Assembly (NCBI RefSeq): GCF_006345805.1
Contig: NW_021827563.1
Coordinates: 1 to 27,973, forward strand
Length of the DNA stretch: 27,973 nucleotides
Direction of reading: 5' to 3'
Source of the DNA: Octopus sinensis
Lineage: Eukaryota
Position numbers and translations under genes: made by a program. This document shows positions 10,480-21,105 of this stretch, in pieces. The notes beneath the pieces are model-generated. The model worked only from the letters and a program-made list of their open reading frames with translations, did no database searches and was not told the origin of the DNA. Within the stretch, counting starts at the first letter, position 1; every line of letters begins with the position of its first letter.

Positions 10480-10619
10480 TGGTTCAGTAGCCTGATACAC
10501 TGAAGAAGCGGCGGCAGGCCGTGGAAACTTCAGAGTAACACGCTACAGATCGGCTTCAATAAACTAGTGTACTTTACGTTTCTATTGAGTACTCATTCCC
10601 TGGATCGTTACCAACAACG

Positions 10620-10620
<1 letters not shown>
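10480..10620 (+). repeat. Penelope-like/hammerhead-like short repeat
   Basis: CTGAAGA-A-GCGGC-GGCAG-GCCGT-G-GAAAC-TTCAGA-GTA core, related to the 9068-9141 motif. Ends in (TA)n. Confidence 0.4.
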
Positions 10621-10649
<29 letters not shown>

Positions 10650-10654
<5 letters not shown>

Positions 10655-10867
10655 CTTTACTACCCACAAGGGGCTAAACATAGAGGGGACAAACAAGGAC
10701 AGACAAAGGGATTAAGTCGATTACATCGACCCAGTACGAAACTGGTACTTTATTTATCGACCCCGAGAAGATGAAAGGCAACGTCGACCTCGGCGGAATT
10801 TGAACTCAGAACGTAACGACAGACGAAATACCGCTAAGCATTTCGCCCGGCGCGCTAACGTTTCAGC
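10650..10867 (-). mobile_element. SINE family A, tail type 2, slightly 5'-truncated
   Basis: Near-identical to 3166-3387. Confidence 0.9.
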
Positions 10868-10885
10868 ATTCATAAATATATGCAC

Positions 10886-11460
10886 GTTGGGCAAGTATCT
10901 ACTATAGACTCGGGCCGACCAAAATCTTGTGAGCGGATTTGGTAGACAGAAACTGAAGGAAGGCGGCGTGCTGGCAGAAACGTTAACAGGCCGGGTGAAA
11001 TGCTTAGCGGTATTTCGTCTGCCGCTACGTTCTGAGTTCAAATTCCGATGAGGTCGACTTTGCCTTTCATCCTTTCGGGGTCGATAAATTAAGTACCAGT
11101 TACGCAATGGGGTCGATGTAATCGACTTAATCCCTTTGTCTGTCCTTGTTTGTCCCCTCTATGTTTAGCCCCTTGTGGGTAGTAAAGAAATAAGAAACTG
11201 AAGGAAGCCCGTCGTATATGTGTGTGTGTGTGTGCGCGCGTGTGTGTGCATTTGTGTCTGTGTTTGTCCCCCCTCCACCTCTTGACAACCGATGTTGGTG
11301 TGCTTACGTCCGCGTAACTTAGCGGTTCGGCAAAAGTGTTCGATAGAATGAGTACCAGGCTTTAAAAAAGTATTAGCGTCCATATATTTGATTGTAAATT
11401 CTTCAAGGCGGTGCCCCAGCATGGCCGCAATCTAATGACTGAAACAAATAAAATAAATAA
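10886..11460 (+). mobile_element. SINE family B (no head), interrupted by a family A insertion
   Basis: TTGGGCAAGT...GGATTTGGTAGACAGAAACTGAAGGAAG resumes at 11193 and continues to GGCGGTGCCCCAGCATGGCCGC...GAAACAAATAAAA. Confidence 0.85.
10963..11192 (+). mobile_element. SINE family A, tail type 2, full length with 15-bp TSD
   Basis: AGAAACTGAAGGAAG at 10948-10962 and 11193-11207. Confidence 0.92.
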
Positions 11461-11489
11461 GATATAGTCAGCACGAAACTGAATCCAAA

Positions 11490-11739
11490 AGCTGGATATT
11501 CTTGGACGTAAGGACAGACGAAATGCCGTTAAGCTTTTTGCTCGGCGTGCAAAAATATTCTGCCAACTCGCCGCCTTAAAATGCTTTGATTTCGAATTTT
11601 GGCACAAGGCCAGCAAGTTCGAAAGGACGAAAGGCAAAGTCGATTTAATTAAGTACAAGTTGCGTACTGAGGTCGATCTAATCGACTGGCCCCGCCTCCC
11701 CCAAAATTTCGGGCCTTGTTCCTAGAGTAGAAAAGAATA
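11490..11739. mobile_element. Rearranged SINE family A fragments (head minus, tail-1 minus, 3' half plus)
   Basis: CAGACGAAATGCCG...TGCCAACTCGCC, GGCACAAGGCC, and ...GGGCCTTGTTCCTAGAGTAGAAAAGAATAT. Confidence 0.7.
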
Positions 11740-12942
11740 TCTGTCCAGAATCACAATGCGGATTTCGCTCTGGTAGTGGCACCATCGACACGATCTTTTC
11801 CCTCCAACAAGTCATGGAGAAAGTACGTGAGAAAACTCAAGAGTTGTTCTTGATATTCGTTGACCTTACTAAGGCCTTCGACACTGTTAACCGGCAAGCA
11901 CTTTGGAAAGTCCTGAGAAAGCTTGATATACCTGACAAGATTCTGAATGCTATCATCTCCTTTAATGAGAGAATGAAGGCTGTTGTGTCCGGTGGGAAAT
12001 CTTCGGCTTCATTTGACGTTACAAACGGCATAAAGCAAGGTTGTGTTATGGCCCCTATTGTTTGCACCCTTCTTTTCAGTGATGCTGAGGTATGCTTTTG
12101 GCGACATACAAAATGGTGTCAAATTCCAATTTCGAACAAGTGGTGGACTGTTCAATCATAAGCTTCAATCATAAGCTTTTCGAAGCCAGAACACTTGCTA
12201 TGCACCAGTATCATTCGTGATCTACTTTTTGCAGATGCTGCTGCACTAGTAGCGACCTCCGGTATTTTTGCATTAGTAGCGACTAGACCGGTATTTTTGC
12301 TGCATGTAAAACTCTCGGTTTGACCATCAACATAAAGATAACGGAAGTAATCCACCAAGCTTGCCCTACTCCTAAACAAATTCGAGGTGTCAAGCAGAGG
12401 GCACCGGTTCATAATTTTCCTGCTATTCCTACACAGGTTGATGGGAAAAGCCTAAATTAAGTGAAGTCATTTATATATGTTGGTAGTAAAGGGAATCTGA
12501 GTGCTTTCCTTGATGATGGAATCGTCAACCGTCTTGCAAAGGCAATCAACGCATTTGACAAACTCCGTCATCGCCTATGGAATGAAAGGGGCATCAAACG
12601 TGACACCAAAATACAGCTCTATAAAGCAGTCATTATTACTACTCTCTTGTATGGCTTACAATCGTGGATACCCTATAGACGACACATTAACCAACTAGAC
12701 ATCTTCCACAAAGACTGTCTGAGGACAATCAGCGGTTATTCACTAAAAGACAAAGCTTCTAATGCCGAGTTGTTTAGCAAGTGTAAGATTGGTGGAATCG
12801 AGAGATTCCTTATACAATGACAATTGCGCTGGGCTGGCCATGTGATGAAAGAATATCCGAATCCAACCAGCTTGAAGAGTGGACACAGGAATTTTGGTTG
12901 ATCATGGCTGAGATATAAGGACAAGCTGAAGAGTAACCTCTT
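11740..12942 (+). mobile_element. RTE-BovB-like LINE fragment, decayed RT
   Basis: PESQCGFRSG...FVDLTKAFDTVNRQALW...GIKQGCVMAP, LLFADAAAL, TKIQLYKAVIITTLLYG...QLRWAGHV, with frameshifts and stops. Confidence 0.9.
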
Positions 12943-13078
12943 GGGCATTGCTATACATAAATGCCTCACGCTAGGAGGGACACTTAAAGTGAAAACTACC
13001 ATAATAGTTTTGTTTATTATGGTAGTTTTGATTTTAAGAGTCCCTCCTAGCGTGAGGCATTTATGTATAGCAATGCCC
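12943..13078. mobile_element. Palindromic (fold-back) MITE-like element, 64-bp arms, 8-nt loop
   Basis: 12943-13006 matches the reverse complement of 13015-13078 with 3 mismatches. Termini are GGGC...GCCC and the right flank is TTAA. Confidence 0.7.
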
Positions 13079-13136
13079 TTAATATATGTGTATATATATA
13101 ATATATATATATATATATAATATATATTATATATAT

Positions 13137-13172
<36 letters not shown>

Positions 13173-13472
13173 TTAGGAGGAATAAGAAAAGAAATAAACC
13201 AGTAAGATAATATGAGCTTGAAACGTTTTCTACTTGTATATTTTGTAGAAACATCTGAGGTTGGGCTTAAATCTTAAAGGAGAGCACACATTAGGGCACT
13301 TCCAAATATAACACTGTGTAACAAAATTATTATATATTTATTTCTTCTTTGTCTTTGTTAAGTGTTATTTCCTATTTGCTTGTATCTAGAAATCAAAGGA
13401 AATGACTACCATTCCCTTCAAACTTTTGTCACCAATTTTCCATTACATCTGAGACGGATTCATCGTTGAGTT

Positions 13473-13721
13473 AAAAAAAAAATAAATGCGCCCTCTTAAA
13501 GCCTAGCCAGGCTCATGGGCCCGGTTTCTCGGTTTCAATGGCGTATGTGTTCCCCAGTTGGACGGGACGCCAGTCCATCGCAGCGTTACTCATTTTGCCA
13601 GCTGAATGGACTGGAGCAACGTGAAATGAAGTGTTTTGCTCAGGAACACAACGCGTCACCTGGTCCAGGAATCTTACGATCATGATGCTGACACCCTAAC
13701 CACTAAGCCACGCGCTCTCAC
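13473..13721 (-). mobile_element. tRNA-derived SINE family C with 13-bp TSD and A-rich tail
   Basis: Sense head GAGAGCGCGTGGCTTAGTGGTTAGGGTG and central GCGATGGACTGGCGTCCCGTCC (resembles V/Meta-type conserved domains). TCATCGTTGAGTT at 13460-13472 and 13722-13734. Confidence 0.85.
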
Positions 13722-13757
13722 TCATCGTTGAGTTGCAGAAGCAAAAATATCATTATT

Positions 13758-13923
13758 GCAAATATTCTGCTCAATATCACAGATTTGCTTGTCAGTTGCT
13801 TGACCGTAACCACTTGAGCATCTCCCTTAGTGGCTGACAATACGTGCATCTCTGAATATCAGCAGGAGTAGTGAGGGAGCATCATAGCCATATGTTGAGT
13901 GGGATCCTTTGGGGTTTGAATAA
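13758..13923 (+). repeat. Internal fragment of repeat family D
   Basis: Reverse complement of about 16810-16975. Confidence 0.85.
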
Positions 13924-14639
13924 AAGTAACAAAGGCAAAGTTTGAAGGAAACATTAGCCATTATTCACTGTTTCTAGGGGTAAGCAAATAGGAAATAAGA
14001 GTTACTACCCGAGGACAAAAATCGTGTTATACCGTGTTATAGAACATTTCTGTTAGTTTGCTCTTATCAATGAAACATAAACTGCAGGATGTGCAATTCT
14101 TAACGTCTGAAGAAACATTTCAAAGTTCATCAAGATCAGAAATCACGAACAGTTCAAGTTGTACCTAAACTAGCGAGCAATTTGTGTGAACTTCTTTTCA
14201 AATGTATGCCTGGTCTGAAAAGCTACCGAGGACCTCATGCGAGAATTGAGCATCGTGTACTTGTGTATACACTGAAGTGGTCAAGCTTTGTATTGAGCTG
14301 ACAACCATCACAAATATACATACATACATTCATACAAATACACACACATACATACATATATGTATGTATACAGACATATGTATATACACACGCACATATA
14401 CATACGTATATCTGTGAACGAGTGTGTGTGTGTGTGTGTGTGTTTAATGTGCATGAATTACAAACAACAAAATTGCTGGAATCTGCAAACGGAATTCGTG
14501 TTTAGCAATCGACCAATCCTTGCCAGTCGTGTTTCGTATAAGATAGCGAAGTATTTACCAGATGTGACCTCTTTCGAGCGCAATCCTTTATGTTTGTATG
14601 TTTGGAAAATGAAGCACACACACAATAAATGGCGCCGAC

Positions 14640-15016
14640 GAGATAGACCTGCTAGAAATAACGGTTAAATGTTCCTCAAATCATAACCTGCCATCTTAAA
14701 TAAGCTTAATACAAATGAATCTTCGTCGATTTCAACGATAAGGATACAACTGTTCGGTTAATCGAATCCCCTGCTCCACAGACACGGGCACCGTTTAGCG
14801 CAATTCTAAGACAGAATCAGTGGGACAAGGTTGGACTATCAGAACTACAGGAACAATCATCTGCCGGGCTTCCATACAGTTTCCCTCCATCCAATTTCTC
14901 GCGCAATGTATGGGTCCTCCCGAGACACCAATAAAATACATTTACCGCAATGCCACACTGTGGAATTGAACTGGTGACCATGTGATTGAGACGCGAGTTT
15001 TCTACCCATTCAACCA
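14640..15016 (-). mobile_element. Degenerate SINE fragments (family B-like head and core at ~14870-15016)
   Basis: CGGGCTTCCATACAGTTTCC resembles the reverse complement of the family B core. A tRNA-like head is at ~14950-15016. Confidence 0.55.
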
Positions 15017-15261
15017 TGGTAATGACACATTAGATAATGCAGTTCTCCATAAAAATACAGAATGGATATGGTAAAAACACAGAAAATCCTTCAAATTGTG
15101 GGGTTAACGAAGGAGTCTGTACACCAGCAATTCTCATTCCGGGTCCATATGGCCCTCGGGGGCTGTTACGGCCCTTGTTACGTTGAGGGGTTTGTAGTTA
15201 AAATTTAGGTGCAATAAATGGGTTGGGTCTAGGTGTATTCGTCCACAACAATTTATCTGTG

Positions 15262-15725
15262 CGTGGTTGTATGTGTGTGTGTATGTGTGTGTGTGTGTGT
15301 ATGTGTGTGTGTGTGTGTGTGGTTGGATGTGTGTGCGGTTGTATGTGTGTGTATCTGTGCATGTGGTTGTATTATGTGTGTGTGGTTGTATGTAAGTGTG
15401 TGTGGTTTGTGTATGGTTGGATGTGTGTGTGTGGTTATATATGTGTATGTGTGGTTGTATGTGTGTGTGTGCAGTTGCATGTGTGTGGTGTGTGTGTGTT
15501 GTGTGTTGTTGTATGTGTGTATGTGTGCGAGTTGTTGTATGTATGTGTATGTGTGTGGTTGTATGTATGTGTGTGTGGTTTGTGTGCGATTCGATGTATG
15601 TGTATGTGTGTATGTGGTTGTATGTGTGTATGTGTGGTTGTATGTATGTCTGTATGGTTGTATGTGTGTATGTTGTGTGTGTATGTTGTGTGTGTATGTG
15701 TGGTTGTACGTGTGTGTACGGTTGT
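15262..15725. repeat. Minisatellite of GTGGTTGTAT(GT)n units
   Basis: GGTTGTA recurs many times within a GT-rich tract. Confidence 0.8.
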
Positions 15726-16522
15726 AGATGAATTGTTGTACACAAACTCTCCCACGTACCAAATTCCTTACACTTCTACAATACACAAAATATAAAAAAA
15801 AATTTTATACACTTCCTAATAATATTTCATGATAAGAATATGAAGAGGATTTTTAAAATTTTAAATAACAGATAACTATGAGGTTCTATCCGAGAAATCA
15901 AAGGAATCCATAGGCAAGAAAAAAAAAATGGTTGAGAACCACCGATTTACAGGGTGGACCAAAAATCACGTACCAAGGCATTTTTGACATTTTATCTATA
16001 TTGCGTTATTATTACGCTGTGAAGATCGTCCCGACGCCTTCCTTTGACCAGGAAGGGCAGATAGTGTTCCTTTGTCTGGTGACCCTAGTAAAAGAGGTTG
16101 TCTGGTGGACTAGATTGAAAGTGCTGAAAGACAGATGCTTTCCTCTTTGGCCAAGCCCTCATCATCTTTTTCAAGTTTCACTTGAAAAGGAAAGAGAGGG
16201 TCGGGAGGGCAGTGCTCCCCCCCCCCCAGCAATTTTGTTGAAGGCTGGGGAAATGTGGTAAGAATGGCGACAGTGAGAAGGTCTACTCTAAACATGAGCC
16301 TGTTGACGATGTGGAGAGGGCACTTGCTCTAGTGGTCAGGGGACCTTGGTTTTGCAGAGTTACCACGAACATCCAGAGATAATCTCCCTCCTTTGGGGAA
16401 TTAGTCTTTTATTAAAATTTATATTTTTGTAATTTTTAAATACTTTTACATATTTTTCTGTAACCACACGCTGTATTTTCCTGAACCCCTCTAAAGAAAA
16501 CATTATTATTATTATTATTATT

Positions 16523-17078
16523 GAGTGAGAGAGCAGTTCATGCCATCAAAGTGACACTGGGGTAAAATATACGAAGCCCAATATACCCATCATGACTACC
16601 CGTCTGATAAAGGTACACCAGGCACATGCATCACAACCATATGTGCGCGACATGGTGATCTCATATCAAGATAAACAGCACATGACCTTGCAGGTGGGGC
16701 CCAGTTAGAATTTTCTTCAGGTTGAGTAGCCCATCCCGCTCAAACGGTCCCTGAATAAGGGTTGTTTAAGGATGTTGAAAGAACCACCCATGTTTCCAGA
16801 GGTGAACTATTCAAACCCCAAAGAATCCCTTTCAACACACGGCTATGATGCTCCCCCCCACTACTTCTGCTCATGATCAGAGATGCACATATCGTCAGCC
16901 ACTAAGGGACATGCTCAACAGGTTAAGGTCAAACAACTGACAAGCAAATCTGTGGTATTGAGCAGAATATTTGCTGTAGCCCATCTTTTATACCAAGACA
17001 AAACAATGTACATGATAACACTTCCAATCAGTTAAGATCAGAAGCCATGAGAGCCACTGCCTGGTACTGCATCAGGGC

Positions 17079-17082
<4 letters not shown>
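16523..17082 (-). mobile_element. Repeat family D, ~560-bp non-coding element flanked by (TAA)n on both sides
   Basis: Second copy at 21512-21946 with the same end (...CTGCTCTCTCACTC-AATAATAAT) and a fragment at 13758-13923. No ORF or pol III boxes seen. Confidence 0.8.
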
Positions 17083-17151
<69 letters not shown>

Positions 17152-17154
<3 letters not shown>

Positions 17155-17545
17155 TAGTTTTATTTTTATAGCGTGCTTTCACTTCACTACCGAGCGCAGC
17201 TCTGTGTGCCTTGGGTATGTGCTGTGATTTGTTGTGATGCTCTGATGGTTACTGTATTGAAAGTGTTCTGCGTAGGATGTGTGCAGTGCCCAGTAGTACA
17301 ATTTTCTGTATGTTATATGTCTTTGTAAGTCCTGGTATTTTGTTATGTATTTGTCTGAATATTTTTTTTATCATGCCTAATGCACTTACTATGATAGGAA
17401 TCGTTTCTGTTTTTAGATTCCTCATTCTGGTTACCTCTATTTCCAGGTCTTTGTATTTTGAAAGTTTCTCCATTTCTTTTAGAGACACGTTGTCATCTGC
17501 CGGTATTGATACATCAATTAGAAAGCATTTTTTTCTTCATGATCT
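17152..17545 (-). mobile_element. 5'-truncated RLE non-LTR retrotransposon (R4/Dong-like) with 3' UTR and (AAT)n tail (17081-17151)
   Basis: DHEEK-CFLIDVSIPADDNVSLKEMEKLSKYKDLEIEVTRMRNLKTETIPIIVSALG...QKIVLLGTAHILRRTL. Confidence 0.9.
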
Positions 17546-17560
17546 TATTATTATTGTTGC

Positions 17561-17638
<78 letters not shown>

Positions 17639-17740
17639 TTTGTGTTCATCGCGTGTTTTTTCATCATGATTTTATTTTATTCAATTTTAGAAAAATTGGA
17701 GCATGTCTTTGACAATTCCAGAACTGAAATTATTTTGTCT

Positions 17741-18054
17741 TTTACTTGTTTCAGTCATTAGACTGTGGCCATGCTGGGGCACTGCTTTGAAGAATTTTTA
17801 CTCAAATGAATCGATCCCAGTACTTTTCATTTTACGCCTGGTACTTATTCTATCGGTTTCTCTTTTGTCAAACCACTAAGTCACGGGGACGTAGATACAG
17901 CAACATCGGGTGTCAAGCGGCGGAGGTAACAAACACGGATACAAAGACACGCATATACATACATATATACATACATACATACATACATGCATACATACAT
18001 ACATACATACATACATACATACATACATACATACATACATACATACATACATAC
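17741..18054 (-). mobile_element. SINE family B 3' half with (CATA)n
   Basis: TTTTACTTGTTTCAGTCATTAGACTGTGGCCATGCTGGGGCAC...CAACATCGGGTGTCAAGCG. Confidence 0.85.
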
Positions 18055-18449
18055 TGCGTGTCTTTGTATCCGTGTTTGTTACCTCCGGTATATGGACGGT
18101 CACACCGATGATCTACGGACTTTTACGTAAGTAAAATTACGTAATATGCTAATAGTGAATAATCCATATTTTTATTACTTTTTCTTTTGTCCTGCTCGAT
18201 TACGTTTTGGTTGTTTTGCTACATTTTTCTTGAGAACATTTCTTAGTGATAAGACCATAGCGGATCTATTTCTAGCATAAGGGTGTCCACATAGTGGTTT
18301 CCCTCTAATATGTATATAATACAATTTTACTGAACCTTCAGTCTTTTTATATGCTAGATCACTGGTGTGAAATCGATGTTAATTAAATTAATATCTAATT
18401 TCTCACCCTCATTTTAAATTTATATATATATATATACTTTTTATTAAAT

Positions 18450-18543
18450 CTGCAAAAACATCACAAAAACTGTCACTCAGAGTTTCATGTTTCTGACGAA
18501 CGGAAATGTGAAACTCTGAGTAAGTTTTGTGATATTTTTGCAG
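18450..18543. repeat. Imperfect inverted repeat (~42-bp arms) containing a hammerhead-like core
   Basis: CTGCAAAAACATCACAAAAACTGTCACTCAGAGTTTCA...TGAAACTCTGAGTAAGTTTTGTGATATTTTTGCAG, with CTGACGA-ACG-GAAA-TGT-GAAAC at the centre. Confidence 0.75.
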
Positions 18544-18589
18544 CTCTCATTTAAAAAACAACATATTACTCTACCTCCGGTATTCCAGT

Positions 18590-18665
18590 ACTATTTTTGT
18601 CACCTTGGTTTGCTATTATGTGCTTACTAGTGTATACACACAACACACACAACACACACACACAC

Positions 18666-18708
<43 letters not shown>

Positions 18709-18904
18709 TAGCTTAAAAGCCGCTCTATGGAGCTGCTTCTAAGCTAGCTCTTGTAGAGGGCTCTTCATTAGGCTTTGGGCCCAACAATGATATAATTTGT
18801 CGACTTGGAACTTATTGCAAAGCTGCATGATAAACAGCATTTTTGTCTTCCCGTTTGGGGGTCAGTACATTTTTTCTATCTAACCTCTCTCTCTCTCTCT
18901 CTCC

Positions 18905-18938
<34 letters not shown>

Positions 18939-19330
18939 GATCGATCGATCTATCTATCTATCTTTCTGTTGGTTGTTTTCATCCATCACCACCACCGTCA
19001 TCGCCACCACACCTGCCATGCACACACAATTCAGACTTCTTACGCCACCACCATCAATACTTTTGACTTCGCCGCCGCCTTCCCTTCCACCACCACCGTC
19101 TTTCATATCGCTTACTCTCACCGTCACCCCTGATCACCACCATCACCGCCGCCTCCGCCTCTCTCACAACTACAGCCCATACTATTACTACCACCCCGTT
19201 ACCATCACAAAAAAGGCTAAATCTGGGTGTTCGTTAAGTATGTTACTTCAGTGTTCAGTCCCCCCTTCTCTCTCTCTTTCACTCTCTCACTCTCTCTCTC
19301 TCTCTCTCTTTCTCTCTCTTTCTCTCCCTT
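18590..19330. repeat. Compound microsatellites: (CA)n, (CT)n, (TATC)n, (CAC)n
   Basis: Directly visible. Confidence 0.85.
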
Positions 19331-19421
19331 TCTCATACACATATCCACTTTTTCTCTCCCTCTTATTATTATTCTCACTCCCACCATCAACACTACTACT
19401 TTTAATAAAAACCTCATCAAA

Positions 19422-19485
19422 TGGCGGTGCCCCAGCATGGCCACAGCTCGTGAGCTGAAACTAGATAAAATAAAATTAAAAAAAT
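19422..19485 (+). mobile_element. SINE family B 3' end
   Basis: GGCGGTGCCCCAGCATGGCCACAG...CTGAAACTAGATAAAATAAAA. Confidence 0.75.
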
Positions 19486-19514
19486 AAATTCTCTCTAAAT
19501 TTCTCTCCCTCTCT

Positions 19515-19555
<41 letters not shown>

Positions 19556-19594
19556 ACCGTCTCCATGCCTACTATTACTCTCTCGCCATCATGA

Positions 19595-20095
19595 GGAATA
19601 ATAGAAAGAAAGAAAGAAGAAAGAAAGAAAGAAAGGCAGAAAAAGAAAGAAAGAAAGAATGAAAGAAAGGAAGGAAGGAAGGAAAAAAGAAAGAGAGAAA
19701 AGGAAGGAAAGAGAGAAAACAGAAAGAAAGAAAGACAGAAAAGAAAGAGAAGGAAGCAAACAAAGAAAGAAAAGTTAAGATAGAAAGAAGGAAAGAAAGA
19801 GAGAAAGATGCAAGCAAACAAAGAAGGAAAGAAACAAAGAAAGACGAAAAAAGAAGGAAAAACAAAGAAAGGCAAAAAGAAAGAAGGAAAGAAAGCGAAG
19901 GAAGGAAAGAAAAAAGAAAGACAGAAAATGGAAGAAAGAAAGAAATGAAAGAAAGAAAAGAAAGAAAGAAACAAATAAGCAAACAAAAGAAATCAAAGGA
20001 AGGAAAGAAAAGGGAAATAAAAAGAGAAGGAAAGAAAATAGGGAGGAAAGAAAGAAAAAAGGAAGGAAATAAATAAATAAATAAATAAATAAATA

Positions 20096-20127
<32 letters not shown>

Positions 20128-20350
20128 AGGAAGGAAAGAAAGAAAGAAAGAAAGAAAGAAAGAAGGAAGGAAAGAAAGATAGAAAGACACAAAAAAGATG
20201 AAAGAAAGAAAAAAGCTAACGAAAGAAAAAAGAAATAAAAAATAGAAAGAAAGAAACAAACAAACAAAGAAGGAACGAAGGAACGAAGGGAGCGAGGAAG
20301 ACAGAGAGAAAGAAAGAATGAATGAATGAAAGGAATGAAGGAAAAAAAGA
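19595..20350. repeat. (GAAA/GGAA)n polypurine tract
   Basis: Directly visible; source of the F/L/S-rich ORFs. Confidence 0.95.
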
Positions 20351-20624
20351 AACGGCAAAGGAGAAAGAGGATCCCTAAACAATGAATGACGGGTGGGGAG
20401 AGGGACGTTTAGGGGGGAATAAGGGGAAAAATTTAAGGTGAATGTTTGACATAACATGTTGGGGTTGTTGTTAATACAGCATATCGTCTTTTTGAGGGGA
20501 GGGGCAGCGCGTAGTGTTGCTCCCCCTTCACATATGTGTGTATAGGTATGTATATAGGCATACAGTGAGGTAGGTAAGAATACATGGGTATAAGTACATG
20601 TGAATACATGCACTCTCCCTCTAT

Positions 20625-20886
20625 CTCTCGGAACATATATATATTATACATACATATATATTATATATTATATATATTATACATTATATATATATATACA
20701 TACATACAAACATACATACATATATACATACGTACGTACATACATACACACACACCACACATATATATATATATATTATATATATATTATATAATATATA
20801 TGTATATATATATACACACATATGTATACATACATTTATATATATATATATATATTATATATATATGCATGTATGTATACACACAC

Positions 20887-20922
<36 letters not shown>

Positions 20923-21065
20923 GCAATGAAATGATATAATGATATATATTATATCTATATCTATGTATGTATATACACACATATACACACACACAGACAC
21001 AAACACATATCTGTATATTCATATATATCCGCATGTGCGTGATCTTATGCTCAGGCAATGTGTGT

Positions 21066-21098
<33 letters not shown>

Positions 21099-21105
21099 TC
21101 TGTGT
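20625..21105. repeat. Compound (TA)n/(CA)n/(GC)n/(TG)n microsatellite
   Basis: Directly visible. Confidence 0.9.

Noticed and set aside
12151-12300. 13-bp tandem duplication TTCAATCATAAGC and an imperfect TAGTAGCGAC...CCGGTATTTTTGC duplication
   Set aside because: Ordinary slippage or repair scars within a dead RTE copy.
13930-14300. Non-repetitive stretch examined as a possible coding exon
   Set aside because: The frames tested after candidate acceptors on both strands hit stops quickly, and no recognisable peptide was found.
15948-16475. TA-CAGGGTGG start and CACGCTG-TA end suggesting a Tc1/mariner element; ORFs 15932-16261 and 16110-16295
   Set aside because: The terminal match is only a few bases and there is no recognisable transposase motif, so it is left unclassified.
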